DNA from: the human T2T-CHM13v2.0 reference genome, Homo sapiens
Reading direction: 5' to 3' (one strand)
DNA length: 64,000 nucleotides
Assembly (NCBI RefSeq): GCF_009914755.1
Contig: NC_060934.1
Part shown: positions 13,659-25,250 of the stretch, one piece after another
Layout of the letters: each line of letters starts with the position of its first letter
Numbering within the stretch: the first letter of the stretch is position 1
Notes under the pieces: model-generated
What the model saw: the letters and a program-made list of their open reading frames with translations, nothing else
Databases searched by the model: none
What the model was told of the DNA's origin: nothing
Program-made: the position numbers and the translations under genes

Positions 13659-15837
13659 TATTCAAAATATCTAATACCTGCTACCTACCAAGCATCACGC
13701 TGGAGACTAAGGGCAAAAAGAGGAATGAAATGCAGACCCTGCTATCAAACTCTTCATGGTAGTGGGCAAAAAAAGTGAGACTAAGCTATTAGTGAACAAT
13801 GCCATGCCCACAGAAGACAAGACTTACGTAAGAAAATGCTGCAGCACAGGGAACAACTACCCCTCCCTACAAGAACAGGAAATGCTTCAAAGAAATAGGG
13901 GCATGTAAGAGACTGCAAATTAGTAACTTCGGGGAAAAGTGTTTCAAAGAGCCCTGCTCTTTGCTGAAGTAACCCAAGATAATGCCTAACTTCCTCTATC
14001 AGTTTTATGTAAAACTATGGGACCTATTCCAAGGACAGGATCAAAATGTGGTATTTTTTGTGGTTTCCAAAGTGCTTTCTTCAGGCGGACTTTACTTAAC
14101 ACTAAGGAATAAAAAGTCTAACTTCTAAAAAAAGTGTGCCTTAGTACATTTTAAAATTTTGGGCATAAAGAAAATTCTCCAGTTTTAATAATATACATTA
14201 TTCAACCAGAGGGTAACAATATGGTTCCTAGGTACCAGCAATCACAAGTGAGCCAGTTCACTCACCAAGAAGAAAATGCAGTTCCATGGCTATGTATTTT
14301 ACCCTTAACCTTGTTCAGCATTCTCACAAACACTGGCCACAAGAGTCCAGGAAACTGTAAATAGGTCTATTTAGCACTCCTGAAAAAAATTCACAGCACG
14401 TGTCTTAATAATGTGAGCCCATAGCTCCAAAAGTGCATTCGGTTAGGATGTTAATGTGAGAAATTTAAAATGTCCCAGATAGCTGAGGGTTGATACTGGG
14501 AGGAAAAATAGAACTATACTGTTACGTAAAGACAACACTACCTTGGCAATATCCTCCCAAATTCCACTCAAGATAAAGCTGCTTGCCAAAAGTGTGAACT
14601 GCACACTCTTCTTGGGTCTATTTATATTCAATTCTTCTTTTTTATAAGATTAACTAGAACTACCCCTTTACTGCAAATGTTTTACATTTACCACACGGAT
14701 GGTTTGTGATGCAAAAAGAATAACTTCCTAGGAATCCACAAATGTTCTGTCCTCATATCTGGCATCTCATAAATATGAAGAAGAGAAAGTCATAAAATGA
14801 AAAACAACTATTTTTTTTTACATACTTGCAATCATTTCATACATCATAAAACAGCTCTAATTTTGCTAGAAACAGCCAATAATAATAAAGTAACTGAAAA
14901 CAAAGCCTGGATGTGTCAAAATGCCACAGGCACTTTTAAAACCCGTAACAGCCCACATAAACAACTCAAATACAGGGCAATTAAAGATTTGCAAATACTC
15001 AATAAGCTTTTTTTTCCATATGCACCCATAATGTAAAAACATTATTTTCCTATCATTTTCCATTTTCTTGCTTTTCTTTTGACTCTAAAATTAGCTAAAT
15101 TGCCCCATCTCCAAGTTACCTCAGACAGTTGTTTCCAACAACCTTCTGTAAAAAAAAGTTTAGTAAAGAGGGAAAGAAGCAAATATATTTCTATTTACCC
15201 ACATAAGATTTAATGTAATATGTGAAGTACAGTATGTAAAATACCAAAATATTTTTGAATGGCATATCAAAACTATAAACTCTTCAATAAAATATTGATA
15301 CCATATGATAAAAATGTTATTCTTCTGGAGTATGGTTTATAAACAGAACAGAATACTCTTTTAAACCATGGCAAATATCCATTTATAGGTAAAAGAAAAC
15401 AAAAAAAGTACACTTCACTTTGAAAATTTAAATGCAAATTTTTAAAATATCATGGAAGATACATAAGAGAGGTGAGAGGGCACAGCCTAAAAGTGATTGA
15501 TTGTTAATACTCTATTTGCTGTTTCTAGTGGGACAAAACAAAGCACTGTTTTTTAGTAAAATATAACATGACGATACATCAAACATAATTGTAGTCACCA
15601 TTTATGGATTCCCTATTTGGGGCCTGGCTTTGTATTATGTACTTTCATTTATCCTCACCGAATCCTATCAAGTGGGATTATTTTCCTTGTTTCAAAGATG
15701 GAGATACTGAGGTTTATGGAGGTCATAGCACTTCTAAGCCAGTATTCCCATTCAGGTCTGTACACTCTATAATATTGTCTTGAAGAAAATCTTCTATTAC
15801 GTGGTAAACACTCTAGCATGCTCTTCCAAGATAATTA

Positions 15838-16161
15838 CAGTCATCTCTCAGTATCTGAGAGAGATTGGTTCCAGGACTCCAAGGATACCAAAATCCAGGG
15901 ATATTCAAGTCCCCTATACAAAATGGTACAGTATTTGCACATATACGCAACCTCCCATATATTTTAAATTATCTCTAGATTACTTATAGTACCTAATACA
16001 ATGTAAACCAATGTAAACAGTTGTTACACTGTACTGTTTTTTAAATCTGCATTATTTTTTCATTACTATATTGTTATTTCTTATTTATTTTTTTAAATAT
16101 TTTCACTCCATGGTTGATTGAATCCAAAAATGCAGAACCTGCAAATATGGGGGGCCAACTA
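15838..16161 (+). mobile_element. MER2 (TcMar-Tigger)
   Basis: Ends TA-cagtcatctctcagtatc...gcaaatatggggggccaacta-TA; diagnostic 'gattggttccaggac', 'ggataccaaaatcc' and 'tctctagattacttata'. Confidence 0.85.
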
Positions 16162-16260
16162 TACTTAAGATGGGAATAAATTTATCTTTTCTTTGCTTGA
16201 GGTTTCCTTAATCAGCTATTTCATCGTTTACTTCTGTAAAATCCATAACCATATTTAAAT

Positions 16261-16369
16261 TTATTCCTTAGCATATCTACACTTATATCTATATATGTAG
16301 ATATAAATTTATATAGATATAGATTTAAATTTAGATATATAGATATAATTTAGATATACTAAGGAATAA
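16261..16369. repeat. AT-rich imperfect palindrome (about 50-bp arms)
   Basis: ttattccttagcatatcta... pairs with ...tagatatactaaggaataa, with only a few mismatches across the arm. Confidence 0.9.
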
Positions 16370-17020
16370 GAAAAGCACCATTATATATATAACTGAAAAC
16401 TCAAAGTTGGAAAATCCAATCTTTCTCATGAGTGATTATTTCTGACTATAAATCATCATATAGATCCCTTGGGTATACCTACAGAACCCATGAGGGTTAC
16501 TGAATTCCAATAACAAGCATTCTCAAATAAAAACCACTTCTAAATAGCCATTTAATAAGGATAATTAACATCTATTAGGAAAGCCATTAATACTGAAGCT
16601 GGCGTTTTTTAAAGAATAGCACATGGGCTGCTGTTGGTCCTTTCCAGGTAGCCCATGAACGAATCCCTAGAAACATTATCACCTAAATTTCTGGCTTGAA
16701 CTAACACCCACTGGCAATTCACTCTCGCCATGTCTCATCACAAGCCATGTTGTTTTCTAAGTTTTGGTGAATTTCTGGCTCACATAAGTGGAAGTAGACC
16801 AGGATAGAGAATAAGAGTCTTTTATCTTCTTAAGATAAAAAAGTTCAGTTCCAAAAATATATGCAACATTGCCTGGCTCTATAATTTAATTATACAAATA
16901 AAAATGTTTTTCAAATAAAATAAAATGACTTGAAAATATTCTAGCATTTAAAAGAAATATTTGATACCTTCAAGTACAAGATTTTCCCAAATAGTAGAAC
17001 TTCCCCCATATTAAGCTTAC

Positions 17021-17489
17021 CTTGAAGATGGCATTATATTTGAAGCCCTGAATTTTGCTGTAAATGGATTGGTTGACTCATAATCAAAATAGTCCTGGCG
17101 ATTTTCACTAAATGCATTAGGTGATTTCAAGTCACAAGGGCTATCAGATCCCCCATTGTTAAGTTTATCAGATCTTCTGCTATCTTTTTTTCCAGTCACT
17201 CTTTCAAACAGGCTAACTTTCTCCCTTTTCTCTCTTTTATTTTCTTTTCTTATTTCAATTGGTTTTGAAAATAAATTCATGCTGCTGTCCCATGTTTCGC
17301 TGCTTTCTTCAAATGGATTTTTCTTCCTTGGCAGTGTTGCAAATTTTTGGGGTAATGAAGCAGTCACATTTGTAAATGGGTCATTTTGTCTTCCGAAACA
17401 CAATTCACCTTCATCCACAATGCTGTCAGGTTGGTTCATTTTAGAAGTATCAAAGCTTAATGTTCTTCTGTGTGGAGATTTGAGACTTC
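17021..17489 (-). CDS. RAB11FIP2: RAB11FIP2 coding exon 3 (469 nt; NPF motifs)
   Basis: Acceptor tttgtag|GA and donor AG|GTAAGC. Encodes SLKSPHRRTLSF...KKNPFEES...STNPFTAK...NIMPSS, with two NPF (EH-domain-binding) motifs and a DPF. No downstream coding exon was found in 1-17020. Confidence 0.97.
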
Positions 17490-18171
17490 CTACAAACAAT
17501 TTTGTAGTTAGTACATAATCAGTGACACATTACATCACACTATTTGACACAGTCTGTGTGCATTCTGCTGCTTTTAGAATGAGAGCAATTAGCCACTTAA
17601 ATGTATTAACCTTCAAAAAATCAAGGAAACAATCTTAAAATGCTAAGGTGTAGCAGTCTGAAGCATCGAGGCTGATAACAACTAGCATATTGCTAGACCA
17701 TTAGTAATGTATTCAGCTCACAATCATATAAACTATGATGTCAAAACTAGAGGTTCTGGTTGGCATGATAATGTTAAAAATTCTCAGAGACTTTTTCATT
17801 AGCATTAAATTTACTTTCTTACTTCTGAACATAAAAGTTTTCTTCTAAGGACTTTATGATGAAATGGAACATTCATTTATGCTCAGGGTTTTGAGATAGC
17901 AGAAACAGCAGTAAAACAGGCAGCCAAGCCATAAAAGGAAACTGGCACTCATTTTATTATCATCTAATAATATAAATACAAATGCAGACAAGCTCTGCCT
18001 TCAAGGAACTTACCAATTTGAGGTATAGTAGGTACTCAATATTTGATGAATGACAAAATTTGGAAAATACTACAAAGCAACTGCTATTTTGATTTACTAA
18101 ATTTAGAAATTAAACTTTAAAAACTAAAAGGGTAGTTCAGACCAATGAGTACACAAGAATGTGACACTTAC

Positions 18172-18614
18172 CACTTTCTGGAACTGTTCCAAAGGAATCT
18201 AACTGGTGTCCGAGAAGATGTGTTTGACCTATGGTGCCAGCCTTCAGTTTCTCAGAAGACATATGGGACCCAGATAAATCAGACATTGAATGCGCTGACG
18301 AGAGTCGCTGAGGACCCAAGAGAAAAGGCTTTTTTGGTTTGGATTTCATCTGTATTTCACCACTTGAAAATTCACTATTGGCATCGGGCATGTGAGTACT
18401 TGGAATGATTGCAGAAGACGTATCAGAAAATGTTCCATCATTTTTTCTACCCTTCATCTTATCTTTTAACTTTGCAAAAGGAGATCTGGTTTTGTCCTTC
18501 ATTGATAAGTCAAACATACTTGCGGTCATATTGTTCCTCATAAACTGAATATTGACCTTTATCTCACCCCTGTTTTTGATTCGTTTTCCTTGTTTGGATT
18601 CTAATCTAAACCAC
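18172..18614 (-). CDS. RAB11FIP2: RAB11FIP2 coding exon 2 (443 nt)
   Basis: Acceptor ttttttttcttctctttaag|G and donor G|GTAAGT. Continues the frame as WFRLESKQGK...RLSSAHSMSDL...GTVPESG; phases 2 to 1 match the flanking exons. Confidence 0.97.
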
Positions 18615-21600
18615 CTTAAAGAGAAGAAAAAAAAATTGGCTGTAACACATAATAGAGAGAGGATACTGAGTTCTGTTACATACAAATAGCCTTTTAGGTA
18701 AAGTAACTATACATCAAGGCAACCTAAGCTCTGAATAAGAATCTGTCAGCCACAGTATTTCGGGCTTTACTTATTATTTAGTTTAAAAAACTGATCATTG
18801 TCTCTGTGATGTAACATATACTGAAGGAATGAATAGGTCTTTGGCAAGTTTGAAAATGTTTTCAGATAATCTTTTCTTTTGTAATTTGAAAATCACTCAT
18901 CATCAAAAATTCTTATCAATGCTAGAAGTTTTCCATATGGGATTAAGTGTTGCTCACGGCCTAAGGACATTTTTTTTTAACATTAAAAGACATTGAGGCA
19001 GAGATTTTGAAAGAATTCACCAATACAAATTATTTTTGAGCATTATAAAATGAATCTCATGACATTTTAATACAATAATAAATACCTGGCCCCATCCCAA
19101 AATATTACTTACGTAAAAGTAGCAAAAGAATTTTGTTAACATTGGAGATCATTGCATATAGCTTGCTAATCATTAAAACAGCATATGATGTCATTTAGAT
19201 TGACATAAAATGAATCAAAGCCTACTCCTGAATAAAATATGCAAAAAATAAGTAAAATGCAAGAAGTGACAAAAAATAAATCTTGTGAAGTTTTCAAAAG
19301 GAAAAAAAAAAACCTAAAATGCTTCTTGTTTGAATCTATTTGCTTCATTTTACTATTGCTACTGTGACAATACCAAATAAAAATTATTTTGAAAATGAAG
19401 CCAAATCTTACGTTTTAGTCCCTTCAATGTATGGCACTATCTGTATTTAAATGATATACAAGAAGCAATATTTTGGTTTTATAGTATTTTTATCCATGAG
19501 AAATTCTCCAGTTGGCCATGTCACAAGTGGTCATTCTATGGGAAAACAGCCAAAAAAAACTACAAAATCAAGCCTGAAAGAGTTTCTACAATGTTTTCAC
19601 ATAACTTAGCAATGAGGCATAATATCCATTCCTGCACACAGGTTATTATTTAAATATAGCTCTAATCGAGTGTAACAAATTTTCTTAGCTACAAAGGAAC
19701 TCTGATCTAATTTTACATTAGTTCTTTCTCTCATTGTTACCAACTGGATATGCCAGGAGAAGATTACATTTACTGTATATCAAGTTGAAATACTGGCACA
19801 TGATATAAATACCAGCTACATCTTTGCACGTAACATGGAAGAAAAATATTTTCTTGATTAACTAAATTGGAGCTATTCAATCAATTCAGATATAGTTGCA
19901 TCAAAACTAGCCATTTCTTAGAATATCAATATTTTAAAATACTATTAGCCTGAGACCTTAAACTGAGAAAATCCCTTATATAAGGCAAATGGTAAAATCT
20001 GAAGAAACAGGGGCTAGAAATAAGAAATGACAGCGATTTCTGTGAAATAGACAACCTTAAATAACATACAATTGAGCACTCAAAAAGCCTGGAAATGAAG
20101 CAGATTATATACCCAGTTAACTCAAAGTTTTGGAAAACAGAGCTATTTTCAATAGGGAGAGAAACACATCTGACGAACAGTAGCTCAGAAATACTCTGTA
20201 GTACCTCAGGCTTTATAGAATGTAGGTGAATATACTTTGCAAAAAATGTACCAAAAATTTGCAAACAAAAACGAGCACGTATGTAACAAATCAAAGCAAA
20301 TATGAGTAAAAAAAAATTAATTACCCCCAAAATGGAAGGGGGTGGGGGTAGTGGAAATTCACAGACTTTTAGAGATAAGACCAATAAATCATCTACTTTA
20401 ACATCTTTATTTCATAGATGAGGAAATTGAGGCACAAGGAATGATATGTAACTTCCCAATGTCAGATTAAAGTCAATAAAGAAAAAAATCTAAAGTTGAT
20501 GAATAACATCTGCAGGAAAATAGAAGCTCTTTCTTATTTGATGAACCACATATGTTAATAAGGTTAACCACATGGCTGGCACATACTGCAGGACACTGTA
20601 TTTAATAAGGAGACATGAGAGCTGAAGAGAAAGACAATGCAAATTTTCTACTGCTAGAGTATAAGCTCCTGGAAGGCAGTCTGCCTTGCATTAAATGTTT
20701 ATTCAATTTTTATTTCTAGAACTATATTCTTACAAGTAAGCTACAACTGTGTGTGTGTGTGTATGTGTTTACATTGTCTTGTTTTTTTAGTAGGAAACTG
20801 TAAAGACCTATGTAAACCTGAATAAAGCAAATCAGTATTTGACTACAAACTGTAAATACACTATAATGTCCATTCCCCACCCCCCAAAAAAAACTGCAAA
20901 GAACTTTTACAAATATACTCATTGAAAATGTAGCAATGACAAATAACTTTAGTTGCTTTGTTTTGAAAATGACATAATAGGGAAGTCTTAATGAGATCTT
21001 CAAGAATCATTTCAGAGATAGCATTTGTTTTTCCAGTCTTCAGAAAGATAAAACGAAGACACAGCATTTGGAGCTTACTGGATTAGCTGACTTTTTTTCA
21101 CCTCTGGAGTACTGGATTTAAACTGTACATGGCCTCTGTTCAATTTTTAGTGGGCACAGGTCCATGTTCAAAAACCAGCACACATATGGGAACTATTCCC
21201 AAGCAATTGGTGCTGTGTGGTCAGAAATGGGACAAAATTGGCAGTAAGGGTGCCAGAGGCCAGGACACAGGTGCACCGCTGAGACACACACACGTCCTAA
21301 AATCTGCATATGTCTGAGTCACATCTAACTCTACAGACTCTGGTTGTTATTACTTTTCATGAGCATTAAAAAAAAAAGTCAACATCACCTACTTCTATTG
21401 TAAAAAATCAATGGATATTACACAACAGCATCAATGATTTTAACATTCTATTACTAAACATTGTATTATTTCTTTAAATCTCATGCCAGAACCAACCCAG
21501 ACATCCTCTAAAGGAGGAGATACAGAAGTTCTCTTCCCAGGCCCACTCAAAGGGTTCTGGCTCAGACCCTTTTTCCCCATTCCTTAAGAGAGAAAAAAGA

Positions 21601-23859
21601 CATATATTTTCAAGGTAAGAAAATAAGTAAAGTAATAATTTTAGTTGTCATACTTCTTTATCTATCATGACACAACTGGAAGACAAGCTGTAAATATATG
21701 TCTTCAGTGTCAAAATGTAAAAAGTGTCACACCCAGCAGTTTCATAGGACATCTAAGTTAGCTGGTAGTCCTCATCACTCGAAACAGTTTTCTAAAAAGC
21801 ACTTGGGAATATGCTGAAAAAGTTTAGCAATGTGCAGAATATTAAATATCTTCCTTGAAATATACCGGCGGCTCAAGTCTGTCTCTTACTGGGCCACAGG
21901 TACAGCTGTGCTAGAAAAGGAAGCTATTAAATATATTAAAAAACTAGAAATATTACCAATAAAGATATCTCATCAAATACATGGTCCCCATTTATCCACA
22001 AATAAAATGTTAAGGGTTTAGCAATATATGAAAATCACTTTGAATGCAATAACATCACAAACCCTGTTGATAACATTTAAAAGCATTTTACCCCTAAAGT
22101 TCTAATCAATTTTATATAATAGCCAGTAGAGAATTTCTATAAGGAGAGACCATAATATTAGAGTATTGCTCACACCAAATGTATTGTAACTGTGATGTTG
22201 CCCAGGACTAGGAGTAAAACAAGAAGAAATTGTAAAAGGTTATTTCATCCTCAGACTCCTTGGGTTCACATTTGGTCCTACTTTCACTAGGAAAATTTAT
22301 GTTTCAGAGAAGGCCTGAAATACATGATCCATGAATATTAAAGTACTATAAATGAAGTGAGGAATTTGAAGGTGCAATATACTTAATAGTTTACATTCAA
22401 AACACGTTAAATATTTACTAAGTGTCACCCAAAATTGGCAATTTGAAACAGATTATTTGGTAATTATCCATTTTTCACTTTCAATTTGATAAAGAATCCC
22501 TCGGAGGAAACTGAATGCCACTCTTTAGGTATCAAATAATTTTATTATTCAAATCACTGATATATATTAAACTTTACATTTAACTTTTTCTCTCCTTCTA
22601 AAATATTTTCATCTCAATTAAATGGTACCATTTTTCCTCCTGCATTCCTAGTATTTCTGATCTCTCTACACTTTTACTCCACATATATTAAATCTTAGGT
22701 TAAGACCTGATTTAAAATGAAACAAAAAAACTCCAATCAAGAGAAGCCTGAGAGTAGAAATGTACAGAAAAGAACAAGAGAGAGTCGTTTTAAAATGTAA
22801 AGAATTAACATAAACTTCAAGAAAAATATCATTGTAAGAAAGTTTTTTAAAGAGTAAATAAATTCAATTATAACTGAACAAAACACCAACACTATTTTGG
22901 AAATGGAAAGTCCTCTTAGAAGTTCAACCAGTATTTTTCTCTCACTAATTTCATTAATATAATGTCCTTTTAAGTTTATGGAAGGGGTGAGTATACTTAA
23001 CTCTAAAAACATATTTTTTTTCAATTTAAGACACAATATCCTAGTGTTAATTTATATTATGATTTTTTAAATTAAAATGTATCTAACTCAAGCTCAAAAG
23101 TCATACTGAAAAGACCACTGAAGATGTTATCAAATCATTTCATCACAAAAATTTATCATTCTCTCCATCCTACAGCATTTAATATGGTCTAAACACAATA
23201 GCTTTGGAAAATCAATTCTGAATACAATAACTCTGATGTAATTGCAAATTCAAAGGAAAATGTAAGTGCATTCGAAGTTGAGGATGTCTGTACATACTTT
23301 TAAAACTTTTTTTTTTTCTAACAGGTATAGACTCCCATCAAGGCACACTGACCCTGAAAAATGGCTGAGCTAAAATAAAAGCTGTGTTTATAACGCTGAA
23401 ACGAAATACTGAGTTCTAAATCTGGTGATTTATCTTTTGACAGCTACAAAGTGCGACACATCAACATTACATTGCCAGATTTAATTTCTCATCTTCCATT
23501 TCATTGATAATTGTAAGGTTTAAAATCCATAACAATTTATATGAAGTTCTAGTTGGTCAATACTGTGATCCAGTCCTCATACTGAAACAATGTTAACTTA
23601 CTTAAAATCCACCACAAAATATTCAATTATTTGACAGATGTTTAACAGAAAGAATAAGGGATCATTAATGATTCCATTTAAAAAATATTTCATCACGAGT
23701 GCTACTTTTACTTCAGATTCATGCAAATATGGTGCTTAAAACTGGATCATATTTCAATCCAAAAACCAACGCCCGAAGTATACGGATAATTTCCAAGAAC
23801 AGAAAAACCATAAATAAGATATAAACTCCCCCAAATTCAAAATAAATTACATAACTTAC

Positions 23860-24212
23860 TCTGTTTTCCTTCTTTGTTTGTCCTCAAAGATGTCATTGAG
23901 ATTGATTGCCACCTGCCCTAAAAATTTATCCAGACCCACCAGGGACCTGTGCATAACTATAAGGAAAAGAATGTATTTCTCTGGACTTCCCTGAATTAGC
24001 AATCCAGGTAGCTCGAAAGAGGCCTCCTCCTTCCAAACTGGCTCAAGGGTTTTCTCAGCTACAGAGGTGGAGTACTTTTCCTTGCCCAGCTGAATTATAG
24101 TGTATGTGTCATTGGTACCACTTTTGCCTTTTGGCTTCAGATCTTTGGCTTGGAGCACTGTGACCTGCACGTGGGTTGGAAACCACTTTTGGGCTTGCTC
24201 GGACAGCATCAT
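23860..24212 (-). CDS. RAB11FIP2: RAB11 family-interacting protein 2, coding exon 1 (353 nt; N-terminal C2 domain)
   Basis: Translates to MMLSEQAQKWFPTHVQVTVLQAKDLKPKGKSGTNDTY...DKQRRKTE, the class I Rab11-FIP C2 domain. ATG at 24212 in aggATG context; donor GA|GTAAGT at 23860/23859 (phase 2). Confidence 0.97.
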
Positions 24213-24329
24213 CCTGTCCTGTTTCTCTGCCCCCGAGTTCCCTAGCACAGGCAGTGCCCCTCCCGGAGGGAGAGCCTAATTCCTTAATCACTGCATCCTA
24301 AGGACACTTAACGGAAACAGGCAGGCTCA

Positions 24330-25250
24330 GGGCTCCCCGACTTCCCTATGGCTGATGTCAAAACGCCTCGCGGGGGCAGCCCAGGGGCACGGCCGCTCCG
24401 GGGGTCCCCTTTCGTCTGGAGAAACACAGAGGCCCACCATCACCTGGCCGCGCCGTGCAGGCCTCTGCGCGGACCCCCGCCCCTGTCTCCACCTTCCCCA
24501 GGCCTGCGGGCACGTGAGGCCTGGCCACACGGACCCGGGCGGAGGGCTGCGGGGGTGAAGGGAGCCCCCCGCCCCAATTCTGCACCCCTGGCCTCCCGCC
24601 TGCCTCCTTGCGGCCGAGCAGCCTCCGCTGCCTCCGCGCCTCCCGCCCGCCCGGCGTTCGTCCGCAGGCTCGGCCCGGCTCCTCCTCCCGACCCCGGTAA
24701 TACGAACCGCCGGCGGCTAACGCGGCCTCGCTCCCTCTCGCAAACCTCTCCCTCCTCCTCCTCCCCCTCGCCTCAGCTCCTCCTCTCGGGCGGGAGCGGG
24801 TAGCCAGGGGTGGAGTGGAGGAGGGCGGGGAACGCGGCCGCCCCGGCGCCGGCGGGACGTGGGGCGGGCAGCGGGCTGCAGGGCTGCGGGCGCTTGGTTC
24901 GGCCTGGCCCGGCCGGCGGCTCCTAACACCGGGCGGGCGGCTGCGGCGGCACTTCCGGGTTGGCCTTCTCCATGTTGGTCTCGGGAACGTGAAGGGGCGG
25001 GGCCTCGAGGTCAGGGGTCAGCACCTCCCTGGTTGCCGTGGCGACTGGAGGCGCGCGACGCGGGCGCAATGGCGGGGACCCGGGGCTTGATGCTGCTTGG
25101 GCCTGGCCCAGTGGCGGGTCCTAGGGACGTGGGTACCTGCAGAGGCCGGCAGGTGAGCCCTGGGGAGGGCTGGGGACCGCTCGTGAGAGGAGGTCATCAA
25201 AGACCCGGAGACGCCCCTAACTAGGGCGTCTTTGAGGGCAGGGGATCTGT
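24330..25250. promoter_or_regulatory. CpG island and bidirectional promoter of RAB11FIP2 (-) and CASC2 (+)
   Basis: Sharp GC/CpG-rich block between divergent ATGs at 24212 (-) and 25069 (+). ETS/GABPA-type ACTTCCGG at 24951-24958; GC boxes at about 24861 and 24994-25003; no TATA box seen. Confidence 0.92.
24900..25152 (+). ncRNA. CASC2: CASC2 lncRNA exon 1 (5' end approximate)
   Basis: Head-to-head with RAB11FIP2, matching the known arrangement. Contains ATG GCG GGG ACC (MAGTRGLMLLGPG..., the CASC2 putative-peptide N-terminus as I recall it) and donor CAG|GTGAGC at 25152. Confidence 0.85.

Noticed and set aside
17017-17020. In-frame stops right after the exon 1 and exon 3 donors as truncated-isoform design
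   Set aside because: TAA arises trivially from GTAAG in phase-2 introns; no specific evidence for intronic polyadenylation.
17156-18408. + strand ORFs of 120 and 87 aa
   Set aside because: Antisense shadows of RAB11FIP2 exons 3 and 2.
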